Assembly: GCA_002245135.1 (NCBI GenBank)
Contig: NGBS01000898.1
Span: forward strand, 1 to 44,246
Reading direction: 5' to 3'
Source: Proteromonas lacertae
Taxonomy: Eukaryota
Length of the DNA stretch: 44,246 bases
The translations under genes were made by a program, and so were the position numbers. Of this stretch, positions 1 through 13,582 are shown piece after piece; the stretch's first letter is position 1; the number at the start of each line of letters is the position of its first letter. The notes below the pieces were generated by a model. The model made no database searches and was not told where the DNA came from. It was given only the letters and a program-made list of their open reading frames with translations.

Positions 1-755
1 ATTAGGATGCTACAAAACCAACAGAAGAGGAGGTAAAAAGAAATGTCAAAATCTTATAACTTTCACACTAAAGGAGCTGAATTCAATTCGAGATATGCAT
101 TTATGCTATGTAATTCATGCAATTTATTCTGCTTATTTTACATCAATTAATTTAGATAATATTCTAACATGTGAAATGATCAAAAATCTTATTAGGAACT
201 TATCTTGTCTTAGTAGTTTAACGGCATTATCGATTAAACATCTGATATATTCGATGACGGTTTAATGGCTTTAGCTTATCAAAAGAGGTTCTATCAAGAT
301 TAATTCATCTTTCATTGTGGGGATCGAATTTTTCAAATGAAGGATTTATTAATTTTACTATCTGCTTCCTTGTTTCACCAATTTGAAGACATTATCTTTG
401 ACTCGTATATATATTTGTTATAATATATTAGAAACACCAATTACCGATGAAGGTGCAATTGTTTTAGGTGGAAGAATTATAGAATGTGCAAATTTGAAGG
501 ATTTATATCTTAATGGAACATTAATTGAAAAGTTGGTGTTATTTCAATTATTCAATGTGTTAGTAAGTTTGTTTAAAATCCAGTACAAAGCTTACTTATG
601 TAGATGAAATAGATTGTAATAATTTCATAAATGAAGTTAAAGAAAAAGTTAAAACAGAAATAGAGGATCGTAGAGATAATGTTAGATTTGTATGTAGAGT
701 ATTTAGAAAGTGTGATAATAATGTTGTATATGGTGATGAAATGGAATTTGATTAA
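1..755 (+). pseudogene. Ribonuclease-inhibitor-type LRR protein, 5' part outside window, several frameshifts
   Basis: LRR pieces LSCLSSLTALSIKH, WGSNFSNEGF, ETPITDEGAIVLG..CANLKDLYLNGT lie in different frames. A 27-nt intron at 405-431 is at the same position as in the paralog at 5414-6413. Confidence 0.7.
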
Positions 756-886
756 ATTTAGTGGAATAATGATTATTATTACATATATCTATTGATTTTT
801 TTGTTTATTTACATCAAATAATGAAATAAACAATATTCAAAAATATAGTCGTTTTAACGTATCTCTAAAAATTTCATTTTATTGAA

Positions 887-3800
887 ATGAGATTAACACC
901 GGTTTATATGCTCTTGTTAGCACTTTCAATGAGTATATTTATACTTGTTGAAGGTGTATGTCCAAATGGTTGTAGTGGACATGGTAGTTGTGTTGGAAGT
1001 GTTTGTAATTGTTTTAAAATGTTGGTATAGATGGAAGTGAGAGTTATGGAGGAGCTGATTGTAGTGAACACACTTGTTTCGTTGGTAATCCATTTGGAGC
1101 AGTTCATTCCAAATCCCCAAGTGAAAATGGAGCCGTTAGTTACAGCAGTGTAAGTCGTGAGTTGAGTGAATATTATAGCAATGAGAGACAAGCATTAGAT
1201 CAGACTCCAATACCCTCAATCGAATTAGTTTCAAAAATTGATGATAGTAATGGTCAATTATGGAGAGTGAAAGGATTAGAAGCATTTATGGATGTATTAC
1301 CTCCCAGTGGTGGAATCTTGAGTTGTAGATATTATAAAATGGTTGATAGTACAGAAACACTTCAAGAATCTCCTACTACAGTTGATATTCTTAGTTTTGG
1401 TGAAGATTATGCCAATGTATTATTCGTAGCAGAAGTAACTGGAATTGGTGGTAATCCTAAAGCTGGAAGTGATACTTATTCAAAAGTAGAATGTGATAGT
1501 ATAATATCAACTAGAGATGATTTAAGTCAACTCAATCCTACTACAGTAGAAGTTACACCTCCACCTCAACCTGCACCTACAGTTGAAACTCCATTAACAT
1601 TTGAATGGCCTTTATATGGTCCAGTATTATTAGATATGGGATTACTTACACCAGATACAACAGGTAAAACATTTAAGAATAATTTCAGATTTGCATGTTA
1701 CAGCACAACAACAATATCTACAGAAACTACAGAAGTAATTGTATATGATAAAGTAGAAGCAGTATATAATACTACTGCTGATCCATCTAATACAAATGTT
1801 GTATTTACTTTCAAAGATAAAAAACCAACAACAGCTGCTACATATATGTGTTTATGTTTAATGAATTCTTATGGATCAATTGATATTGAATATTCAGAAG
1901 CATTTAGTAATATGAGAAAAGATGAATCAACTAAAAAATATTTAATTGGTGAATATACAACTGATGTTGCTGATGTTAAAATAGTAACTGAAAATAATTA
2001 TCCTGTTGCTGTTACTTCATCAGCTTTATCAAGTAGTACTTATTCTATTACATTTACATTTGCAGAAGGTTCAGATGAACAAAAATATAAATCATATTTT
2101 GATGTTAATAGAGTATTATATGCAACAATATTAAATAAAGGAGTATTTATTGAAAAACCTGTAATAGTAACAAAGGATAGTTCAGATAATAAAGTCACAA
2201 TACCAACAGGTGATATAGTAATGCCATATTTAAGAATATCTCCAATTAGTGAATTAACATCTTTACCAAAAGCTTTTATTGAGAAGCAGACTAATCCTTC
2301 ATCACCTCTTACTTGTATAAAGCATATTACCTTGCTGAAGATTTATTACATTCATTCAATAAGAAGGTGGAAAATTAAAATGTAAATATGGTGAATCTGA
2401 AGCTGTAGTTGATGTAAAAGGAATTGCTAGAAATAACCAAACAATATTCTTCAGTTATTTTGAATCTGAAACAGATATTTCTACTGGTGATACTTTAAAT
2501 TGTTATGAAGTTTCATATATTAGAAAAGATTTGACATTACTCAATCCATCAACATTTACTACACAGCTGCCAAAAACAGGAGGAAGACAGTTAACTGGAT
2601 GAATATAAAATTAGTTGGGATAAATATGGTAAAATGTTTACTGATATGGGTTTTAAACAAATGATGATATTAAATTTGCTTGTTTTAATATGAATAATGC
2701 TGATAAAAAAATGGGATGTTTATACAGCTTATATACTACAACAGCTAATGATGATAAAATTACATTTACTATTAATCCAACACCTACTGATGGTGACATA
2801 TCTTTGCTATTTATTAAATACATTTTCTAATCCAACAAACCATTAGAATTAAAAGATTTACCAAATAGTGAAATAGGTGATAAGATTCAAGTAAGTAGTG
2901 ATGGTAAAAGTTATTTTTTATGGGTGAATTTGTATTAGGAAGAAAAAACAACATTAGGAAAAAGAAATCAGATAATAGTGAAGTAATTATATTAAATAGT
3001 GGTAGTAAGATTGATTTAGTTTCATCAGATAACTCAGTAAATACAATAACTATAACAGAATATAAACCAGAAAGAAGGTTTTGATATAGTAAGTAAATTA
3101 AAAAATGGAAAGAAATTTTATTTGAAAATGATAAAAACAGCAAGTCCATTAGAAGAAGAATATGTTGAATTTACTGTAAGTGGGGATATTAATGATCAAA
3201 CAGAAAATATAGTTACAATTACTGTAACTGATATCAGTATTGCATCTGGTTATTCTCCATATTATGTGATATATTTATCAACAACTACACCTACTGATCC
3301 AACAACTCCACCTACTCCACCACCACCAACTACTACAACAATTGGTGAGAATTTATATAAAATCAGTAACTATGTAAGTGATGATGTATTATCAAAATTA
3401 TCAATAATCGGAGGAAAATTACAATGTAAAAAAAGATAATAAGGTAGAAATTGTTGATGTAAAAGGAATAATTTATAAAGATAATAAAATACAAAGTGCC
3501 TTTTATGAATTTGAAAATGCAAATTCAAAAGATAAAATAACAAGTTGTAGTTATTCATCTAGTCGAAATGATATGACACTTTATAATCCAATTAAATATG
3601 AAGGTAAATTGAATTACATAACAATGAGTGGTTATGGAACAATATTAAGTGAAATTGGATATTCTTATGGTAAAAAGAAAATGACTTGTTATAATTCAAA
3701 AGAAATAGATATTAATAAAAGAATATTATCATTTTATGAAGTAACTTTATCCAATGTGAAGAATGGAAATGTTAATGATTTAAAAATAACATTTAATGGT

Positions 3801-4815
3801 GAAAATCCAAAAGATGGAGAAAGTATTTGTTATTTATTGAGTGATGTAAATGGAAGAGAAATAGAAATAGAGAATAGTGATTTATGGGAATTAGTTCGAA
3901 AAGAAAAAGATGGAAAATATTATTATGGAAAGAGTGTAATAAATACTGAAACAGGTAAAAGTGAAGAAAGAAAGACAGAAGATGGAAGTGTAATTGTGTC
4001 ATTCGTTAGTAGTGCCATTTTCTTGACGATTCTTTCATCTGATGATGGAATAAAATGAATTTATTCAATTTAAACAAAACCAAGTCCATCCTTTGAAATT
4101 CCTCCTTCATTTGTTGAAGCTGAAAGTAAGAAGATGTTATATCCAGGAACAACAATAACATTCCGATTTAGAGTTGGTGAAAATGATTTAGGTAGTCAAT
4201 CATCTCAAATAGTGAAAGTCGAAAATAATGATAAAAAGAGATTCAAAATCTTATTATCAAATCAAATCAAAGTACCAGAAGAAAGAAGAATTAGATTAAG
4301 ATCATTAGTACTATTGAGAGTTAACATTTGATATAGAATATAAGACTGAAGGATCAACTCATTTCAATAGAATGTAGTGGTCAAGGAATATGTGATAGAA
4401 CAAGTGGTGTTTGTAAATGTTATGATGGATTTAGTGGAAGTGCTTGTCAAAGATTAGATTGTCCAAATAATGTAATGGAATGGTCGATGTGTTGCTTTGA
4501 GTGAATTATTATCAAATGAAGAATTGAAAGATTATAAAGGATATGGAAATAAACATATTGGTAAATATAAATTCAACAGATGTTTCATTTGATGATCAAA
4601 TCTATGGATGTTTATGTGATAAAAGACATCGTGGATATGATTGTAGTTTAATCGAATGTCCATCCAGTGCAGATCCAGAAGGAGCAACAAATACAGTAGG
4701 AAATGAATATCGAGATTGTAGTGGAAGAGGTATTTGTAATTACAATACAGGTGTTTGTGAATGTTTTGATGGCTTTAGTGGTGAAGGATGTCAAAATCAA
4801 GTTCAAATGATGTAA
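887..4815 (+). pseudogene. Secreted EGF-repeat protein of the stramenopile tubular mastigoneme (Sig1/Ocm1-like) family with a large central insert; multiply frameshifted
   Basis: ATG 887 gives a signal peptide MRLTPVYMLLLALSMSIFILVEG, then CPNGCSGHGSC..CNCF..GADCS. The C-terminus reads ECSGQGICDRTSGVCKCYDGFSGSACQRLDCPN, GCLCDKRHRGYDCSLIECP..DP and DCSGRGICNYNTGVCECFDGFSGEGCQNQ. ORFs 1162, 3122, 3573, 4134 and 4543 are fragments of it. Confidence 0.7.
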
Positions 4816-5413
4816 TATTGTTTTATTACGTTCATTTTATTCATATTATTGAAATTAATTGATTAACTGTTATACTATGTTAATCAATATATTTGTTTGT
4901 TTGTTTGGAATAACAAAAAGAAGGATATAAATAATTTATTCTTCCTATTTATCATTATTTTGAAAATACAAATGATATGTATTACAGTGTATTAAAGTGT
5001 ATTTTTATAAATTTAAAAATTGATTGTTAATTCACCATTTTATAGAGATAAATATTATAATAATTTACAAGATTAAAATACATTTAGAGTTAAAATCTCA
5101 GTTTAATCAATCACTTTACCAAAATGGCAAGTTCGCTTTGTTGGAGTAGATGACTGATAAGTGTTTTAATAAAATTTATTGTATCTCAGTTATAATGCGA
5201 TAATAATGTTAATCCACAAAAAGGGTCAACGTTGAACTTTCATCAAGCATTCACTAGTTTCTGAAATGTAGTTAAACCTACAGAATGATTTGAAAGAAAG
5301 TGTAAGATATAATACAACTGTAACTGAAATGGAAATGTAAAATATTATTCTAAAGATATTTGATGAAATACATAGTTTTCTGTGAATAATACGCAGTTTA
5401 TAACTTATTAAAA

Positions 5414-6413
5414 ATGGCGGCGAAAGTGATAATGCTAGCCAATCAAATTGTATTTAGAGTTTTTGATAGTGCTAAAAATCAAAATTTACTTCAAATGAGT
5501 GATATTAAAGCATTTCAACTAAACCAAAGAAGGTATTATAATATATTTTATCTACATTAGGAGGAAACAAACTCCAACCAAAGAGATATCGAAAATTATA
5601 TTAATGAAAAACGTATCTTTAAAATGACTGGGTGTGTATTCGATGATAGTTGGGCTAGAGGTTTATATACTACATTTTCTGACTTTAAACATTCTTTGTA
5701 TGGAATTAACCTTGATAATATTTCAACAAACCCAGAGGAGATTATAAATCTGATTAACAACTTAGGTTGTCTTGAAAACTTAAGAAATTTATTGATAAAA
5801 CATGCTGATATCAGAGATGAGGGATTAAAAGCATTATCTCAACAAGAAGATATATTACCTAGATTGGGATGATATCATTTTGGGGTTCTAACTTTACTGA
5901 TGAAGGATTTAGAGAATTCACCAACTGCTTCTCTTCATTAACAAGATTGAAGTATTTGTACTTAACTCGTATATTTTTATAATAATAATAATAATAATAA
6001 TATAGAAACTGCAATATCTGATAAAGGAGCAATAGCATTAGCTGAAAACATGAAATATTGTAAATACTTAAAGATATTGTATTTAAATGGTACAAAAACA
6101 AGAATAGATGGTGTAAAGGCAGTTATTGAGAATATAAATCCAATGAGATGCTTAAGAGAAGGTATGTTTAATGTCTAACCGTATATCGAATGAAACACCT
6201 GATGAATTGAACGAATGTATTAATCGAGTTAAAAGACCAGTATATATCACTACCCATCATGTGCGTGATGAGTTTTTGTATAGAGAATTTGAAAAATGTG
6301 GAGATATAAAAGATATGAATAAATATTGTGAAAAAGAATATGACGATGAAGATGAAGAAGATATTAAGAAAGATATTGAGAGTGAAATGGAGAGTGATGA
6401 TGATGATAAATAA
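5414..6413 (+). pseudogene. LRR protein paralogous to 1-755 with acidic tail; at least 3 frameshifts
   Basis: ATG 5414; introns 5533-5560 (28 nt) and 5969-6005 (37 nt). LGCLENLRNLLIKHADIRDEGLKAL, WGSNFTDEGF and ISDKGAIALAENMKYCKYLKILYLNGT are colinear with the first copy. Frame breaks near 5580, 5872 and 6170. Confidence 0.7.
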
Positions 6414-6457
6414 ATGGTTATAACAAACAATAACAAAGAAAAGATATTTCTTAATTT

Positions 6458-7124
6458 CTATACTATTAAACTTCCATAAATCCCGTTGTTGTCTTTTGGT
6501 TGGTTATTTAACTTCTTCCATCTAATACAACAATATGCTAAACATCCAATAAATACTATTGAAAATATTACACTTCCTATAACAATCAGAATAATATATT
6601 CAGTTTTCAGTTTATTATTGTTATTAGCACTTTTACCGCAAGTGTTCTTCATATAATTGTTATTAATATTCTTTATAATAGAACATATCACTTCATTTGT
6701 TGTATTATCAAATAAAATAACTCCAAAATAAGTAGTATTAACATCTGTTGTTAATCCAATCACTATATTTCCATCACAAATAATATTTCTAACATCAATT
6801 GAAGAAAAATGATTTTCATCTATTTCATTTTCGGAAAGCATAATTGATATTAGAATTTTATTTTCATTTATATCTCTGCTGCATGTCTTCCATTCATTAT
6901 ATGTAATATTGCCTTCATATCTTAGCATATATGAATTTTTATAGAATTTTACATCATCTAATTGTATATTGATGTTTTCTTTGAGCAAATCATATTTATT
7001 ATCTTTGTAGTTATCTAATATAATAAAAATCAATGAAAGAAGAATACTTGTAGTAATTTTAGCAGAAACTGAAGCAAAACACACCAATGAATAGATAAAA
7101 TAATATTTCTATGGCATTATTCAT
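6458..7124 (-). CDS. Small type I membrane protein of unknown function
   Basis: 209-aa ORF with C-terminal TM YIILIVIGSVIFSIVFIGCLAYCC, basic stop-transfer and a YGSL tail. Probable in-frame 33-nt intron at 7015-7047. ATG 7124 and its signal peptide are one frame off. Confidence 0.6.
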
Positions 7125-7289
7125 ATTTCCCAAAATTATAGAACTATTCCTCTTACTGAGAATAATTAAAAATATTCGCTTTCTAAACACATTTTTGAAT
7201 ATTAGTTACATAGTGTACTTTCTCATCAACAAACAATAATTTCATAAATATAATACAATTAAACAACTAATTAAAAATATACACTTAAA

Positions 7290-7730
7290 TCACTTTTTAG
7301 CTGCAGGAGCATGATAAAATGGTGAAATATGGAATAAATACACGTACTCATCTCCATATTGAGTAATTTTAGTTGTTGCAATTGGCTTTCTCCAAGGCTG
7401 TTCTCTTTCAAATACATCTCTTCCTTCTTCTGAAAACCATCTATTCATAATTCCATTAATAAAAATAAATATACCCAATTTCTTGTGATGAAGTCATTGG
7501 ATATTCAAGATGAGCTGTTCCTTTCTTTCTAATAGTCTCAGGGTTAAATTCTGGTGGTTTCCTATCGACTTTACCTTCAGCATGAATTATTTCTGTCCAT
7601 ATTTGATCTCTTTGTACCTGTTACATAAAATATGGTAATGTTATACTGGATCAAATTTTGATGAAATCATATCGACTTTTCCTCCTATGGTTCCTCCTTT
7701 TCCATTAGCTGCAGCAGCATTATCGGCCAT
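7290..7730 (-). CDS. CFAP144/FAM183-like ciliary microtubule inner protein, 125 aa, 3 exons
   Basis: Exons 7730-7647, 7617-7475 and 7440-7290 (introns 29 and 34 nt) join in frame. Motifs DPVQRDQIWTEIIHAE, YPMTSSQEIGWF and ITQY..SPF. Confidence 0.65.
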
Positions 7731-7849
7731 ATTCTCTCAAAAAAGATAAAATAAAAATATGAAAACGGTCAAAGTAGCTTGGCTTGTTTAAATAAAATAG
7801 ATTCGTTTCGGCAAACATGAAGGTTTGAAAAGTAACGTTTTTTCTTTAA
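7731..7849. promoter_or_regulatory. Probable bidirectional promoter (119 bp)
   Basis: Divergent ATGs at 7730 (-) and 7850 (+). Contains GTCAAAGTAGC 7768-7778 and AGTAACGTTTTT 7831-7842. Confidence 0.55.
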
Positions 7850-10698
7850 ATGGTATTATTTCACACAATTAATGATTTTGATCCATGTTATGGTCATGCC
7901 ACATGTACTATAGAGAATTTGTATACAGCAATACATTTACTTTTTTTCATAGAGTGTTCTATATCGGAGGTTTTAATTCCAATGTATCAGACACTGATTT
8001 ATTAACAGTTAAAGTGTTTGATGTTGAAACAAAAGAATTTACTAGATATACAGATAGTTCAGGTAAATTTCTAAATAGAATAGGTATAACAATCATAAAA
8101 ATATATAATATACAAATAGGTGCATGTGTATGGATATATAATAAAAATATTTATTCTTATGGAGGTGAATTGGCTGATCATTCTTTAACTTCACAATTAC
8201 TTCGTTTCAATACAACTAATTTACCACCAGCCTGGGAAGAAGTTGCAATAAATTCAGAAATGACATTAACACCACCTCCTCCAATAAGTTATGGAACATG
8301 TTGTTCAACCACAAATCTAACCTATATATTTGGTGGAAAAGGTGAAGGTTCCGTTGTATATAATAAATTATGGAAATATGACTGTAAAGAAAACATATGG
8401 GAAGAAATCGAGCCAGCATTACCATTCACTGCTCGTGTTTATCATACAATGAATTATATAGAATCAATCAATAGTTTATTAATAATAGGAGGAGTAACAA
8501 ACAAAGGTGCTTCTAATGATGTTGTATTGTATAACATTGAGGAAGAAAGTGTAATAGAAGCTTCTAATATTAATGAATTATTTCCATCTATATTATGTAT
8601 GCATGTTACATCCTCTCTATATAAAAAGCCATTTGAAGAAGTTGTTGAAGAAGAAGTTACAACAAATGCAAAAGGAGCAAAAAAATCAAAACCACAAAAG
8701 CCAAAACCAGCAGCAAAAAGTCCAAAAAAGAAACCAACTGGAAGTAATAAAGAAGCACCAGCTGACCCAGGTGCTGTAATAATAGAAAAATTGAAAGAAT
8801 GTAATGAAAAGTATTATGTTTTTGGAGGCCAAAATATGATTGAATCTCCTCCATTTTATGAATTATCAATAAATGAAATGAAAATGTCTCCAATTGAATG
8901 TTATGAAACAACTCCTAATGGTTATAGAATTGGCCATTCAATCAGTAATAATTATCAAAATCCTAATTTATATTATATTTATGGTGGTAGTGTAAATGGT
9001 GAAATAACAGGAAGTATGTATGAAGTAGATGTAGAAGGTCAACCAGAACCAGTACCTGAGCCAGAAGGAAAGTTTGGTGTAGATGATAATAGTATATGTG
9101 ATTTCTACGAAGGTAATTGGAAGAATGGAAAACGAGAAGGTGATGGAAAATGCACATATATAAATGGAGATGTTTATACAGGACAATGGCATAATGATAT
9201 GCGACATGGAAAAGGAAAATGTGTATATAATAATGGAGATATTTACGAAGGTGATTGGGTAAATGATAACAGAGAAGGAATGGGTATATGTACATATGGT
9301 GGAGAAGATAATGAAAAAGGTCCGTTTCATTGTAAAGATTCACGATATGAAGGAGAATGGAGAAATAATATGCGTCATGGTCATGGAAAATGTATTTATG
9401 TTGATGGTACATTATACGATGGTTTATGGTTGAATGATCGAAGAAATGGTGAAGGTGAAATAACACATGGAAATGAAGGAATTGAAAAACACTATGTTGG
9501 TGAATGGAAAGATGATGTAAGAGAAGGAAAAGGAAAAGGAGAAAACAAAGAAGATGATGCATATGAAGGAGAATGGCATAATAATATGAGGCATGGAATA
9601 GGTACTTGTTTATATCATAATAATGATTACTATGAAGGTGATTGGATCAGAAATGATCGTTCTGGTCATGGTGTTTGTCATTATCATAATAAAGATGTAT
9701 ATTCAGGTAAATGGAAGAAGAATAAACGTTATGGACATGGTCAATGTAAATATGGAAATGGTGATAAATATGTTGGTAATTGGGATGATGATATGAGATG
9801 GGGAAAAGGAAATTGTTTCTATAAGAATGGCGATGTATATGAAGGACAATGGAAGTATGATAAACGACATGGACAAGGCAAATTAACTACTAAAAATTAT
9901 GTTTACTTTGGTGATTATAAATATGATAAGAAATGTGGAAATGGTGAATGTAATTATTATAATGATGTTAAAGATCTATTAGAACATTATATTGGACAAT
10001 GGGCAGAAGATGTACGAAATGGAATAGGTAAAAGTGAATATCGTAATGGAGATATTTATGAAGGTAATTGGGGAAATGATATGAAGAATGGTCAAGGAGT
10101 AATGACTTATAACGATAAATCAGTTTATGAAGGTAATTGGTTAGATGATAATAGAAGTGGAGAAGGTCATCATTATGATATGCCAAATTACTTAGTTGAA
10201 TATAAAGGATGGTATGAATTAAATGTAAGAAGTGGTGATGGAGAAGGTTGGTATGAAGATAACAGTCACTATACAGGTCAATGGGCAAATGATATGAGAA
10301 ATGGAATAGGAGATTGTGAATATTCAAATGGCGATTTCTATTCTGGAGATTGGAAAGATGATAAACGTGAAGGACATGGTACATTAACTTGTAGTTCTGG
10401 AGAAATATATGATGGTGAATGGTATAATGATTTACAACATATTAAAGATGAAGATTGGAAAGGAATGCCTCCTGAAAATAAGACAATGCCATTACATGAT
10501 ACATTGAGACAAAGTAAAAAGATGGGAACTACTTTAAGAAGTGGTTTTAGTACAATTAATTATAGTGAAATGGGAGATGAAGGTGTAGTAGATATGTCAT
10601 TGAATGGTGAATTTGATATTAATAATGAAAATAATGAGAATGAGATGAATAATAATGTAGAAGAAGAAATAATAGATAATAATAATAATAATAATTGA
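7850..10698 (+). CDS. Kelch beta-propeller + long MORN-repeat protein (probably cytoskeletal/ciliary)
   Basis: ATG 7850; introns 7921-7952 (32 nt) and likely 8084-8119 (36 nt, in frame). Kelch blades (FYIGG, YSYGG, YIFGG, LIIGG, YVFGG, YIYGG). About 19 repeats of YEGxWxxDxRxGxGxCxYxNGD at ~9105-10430. Confidence 0.9.
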
Positions 10699-11458
10699 TT
10701 TTAATATTATTTATATATAATTATATTTGTAAATGTGTTGTGTGTTCTTTTATATTGATAAAAAAATGAAATATAAAAATTTAAAGAAAATGAATTATTA
10801 TAATAATAATGTATTATTAAATAACCATCATTCTTCTATATCATATTCTAATAAACTGAATTCATGTGTTTGCCATGTTTACTATATGCAATAGGAGAGG
10901 ATTTACAATTTATATAAACAACTATACTTTTTCTAGTTTTTCATTTTCTTTAAATCTATCTTTTATTACTACTCATACATCCCACATTTGTTCTCTTTGC
11001 AATAAAACTAGTAAACCATTAATATCAAAGAAAAATATCATTCTTATACACATAATCCATTTCTTTCATCTCTACTATATCATCAACTCCTTTTTTGCAT
11101 ATATTAAGAGTTATATATTCTTAATGAATAGAAAAACGAAATGATCGTAGATATAATAGTTACAATAGGTAGAAAGAAAATAATATCCATTAACCTCTAC
11201 AAATATCTACGATATTACATCATTTGATAGATAATATACTCTCTTTAACTTCTTAAACTAAACAAATTCTTAAAATGCAAAATATTATAAAAACTATATT
11301 ACTATTTTCTAGATTAATCATCCATTATACAGAAAAATAGAAAATAGAATCAAGCCTTGAAAATAGTAAGTCGAGCTATTTATATTTTATACTTTTTTAT
11401 GACTAACATAAGTTAATTAGATATTAAAAAAACATGTTTAATGTACAATTCATATTAT

Positions 11459-13582
11459 TTAACCTGTTTTATGGCAAACTGATAATAATTCAAAAGAAGT
11501 GTTCATCCACACTAATTCAGCATATGGATATAATGGAGAAGGTAAATCTTTTACAAGTAAAACAGGAGATGAATCATTATGACTTATCCAAAATTTTCTT
11601 TTATCCATATCAACAATCACTTCATAAATTGAACCATCTCCATGATTATTGAAATTTGGATTTGAAGTAACAACTCTTCCAATATGACATAATGATGTAA
11701 TATCTTGACTTTTACCATTAAATGCATAATAATTACATGTTGTTGATTGATAATAAATATAATTACCAGAATATGTATTATCAGTTGATAATCCTAACAT
11801 CATTTCATCATAATAACTTCCATTTTGATGAAATTGATATCTGATATGATAAACTCCATTTTCCATTTTCAAATTCAAATAACAATAATTCCACTTATAA
11901 TCTGTATTTGTTATTAATTTTCCATTATTTGATATTGAAATATCATGATTTTTGTTAAATTCTGTGAATTTCACATCGACAAACTCTAATGATATTTTGA
12001 TTTTCTTTTCATTTACAATATTCTTACAACTTATTTCATATTCTCTCTTTTCTATTACTTTATTCACTTTTCCATGAATTATTCCATTTTCTTTTTCTAT
12101 CATTAAACCATCTGGCAATGAAGGATTTATTGAAAATTCACATCGATTTCCATCAAATAAAGGAATTATTGACATTTCTTCATTTAATCCAAATAAATAT
12201 TCTGTATGAGGATATGAAAATGATGTGATTTCTTTTGTTTTTAATTCTTTCAATAATTCTTTATCTTTCATTATTATAATCATTTCTTCTTCTTCTTCGA
12301 AACTCAGTTTATTCTCTTTTATATATTCTATTAATAATTCTTTAAATTTGGAATTTAGATAATTATCTTCATTCAATATTCTAAAAAGAATTTCTTTTCC
12401 ACATACTTCTTCTATTATTGAAACACTCTTTTTATCATCAATAAACAAACATAAACATTTCATTGTTCGATTTCTTTTATTATCTTTATATTCCATACAT
12501 AATCTATCCAATAGATTTCTCTTTTCCATATTTGAGATATATTCTATTTAAATATATTTTTAGTATTTATACTTTCCTTTTTCATATTTTTATATTTCAT
12601 TATCATCAATGCTATTTCTGTTATTTTTATATTATTCATTTCTAATATACACAGTATTTCATCATTCAATTCTTCTTCTTCCATTTTATCCAACATTCCT
12701 CTTTCTTCTTCATTAAAGTCTTCATCTTTATCTTCATTGTAATTGTTGATTATTACATTTTGAATTCTCTCATCTTTTATTAAATATATTTCTATATGAT
12801 TTTTACATTCATTTTTCTTTAATTCTATTTTCATTTCTTTCAACATTTCTTTATTCTCTTTTTCTATCTCTTTCTCTTTTATCTTTTCATCATCGATATC
12901 TTCTTCTATCAATTGTTTAAAATCATCTTTAATCTCTTTATTATCTTTCTCATTCTTTTGGAATTTATACCATTCTAACAATCGATTTAATAACCAACTC
13001 TCACTTCGAATTATCACATCTCTCATATTTAATATCTCAATCAAATTATTCATTTCTAATCTCAGCAAATATTCATTCTTATATAAATATTTATATCCTC
13101 GCTTTTCTATTTCCATATTTTTCAAGTCTTCTATCTCTCTCAAACATCCACCAAATACATTACATATATGAATTAATTTCATTAATACCTCATCATCTAT
13201 ATTATTCTTCATAAATTCATAACAATCATTTATTATCTCTTTTTCACAATAACATAAACAAAACATCAACACTTCACACACACTCTCTTTACAGATTATC
13301 AGTTCACCACCACTGTAGTATTTCTCCATCTCATAATAGCCAATTTCTTCGATTTCTTCATATAACTCCAAAACTCCAACAAACTCACGATCTAACAACA
13401 GTTTCTTTACAGTTTCATTTCCATTCACTAAAATTGATTTGATTGACATTATTCGATTATCTCCAATCTTCACTTCTATATCACCAAAACCATTTTCAAC
13501 CAATTTTCGACATAATCTATCATAAAAATAAATATAAAAAATACCCATCTTCTCTTATGCTTTTATTCACTTTTATTATCAT
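11459..13582 (-). CDS. BTB/POZ-BACK + putative Ig (He_PIG-like) + SPRY/B30.2-like protein, 688 aa, probable Cullin3 adaptor
   Basis: Exons 13582-13545, 13516-12573 and 12543-11459 (introns 28 and 29 nt) join in frame. BTB FGDIEVKIG..SIL..YYSGGELII; BACK LIEILNMRDVIIRSESWLL..W; FSINPSLPDGLMIEKENGIIHG; SPRY-like GVYHIR..MMLG..YEVIVDMDKRKFWI..DLPSPLYPY. Confidence 0.75.

Noticed and set aside
8216..10384. Minus-strand ORFs within the Kelch-MORN gene (likewise those opposite CFAP44, mucin-PH and genes A/B)
   Set aside because: Low-complexity antisense shadows of real coding sequence.
10800..11200. 92-aa plus ORF / purine-rich minus-strand coding-like stretch
   Set aside because: No recognisable motif; possibly a decayed gene fragment but unsupported.
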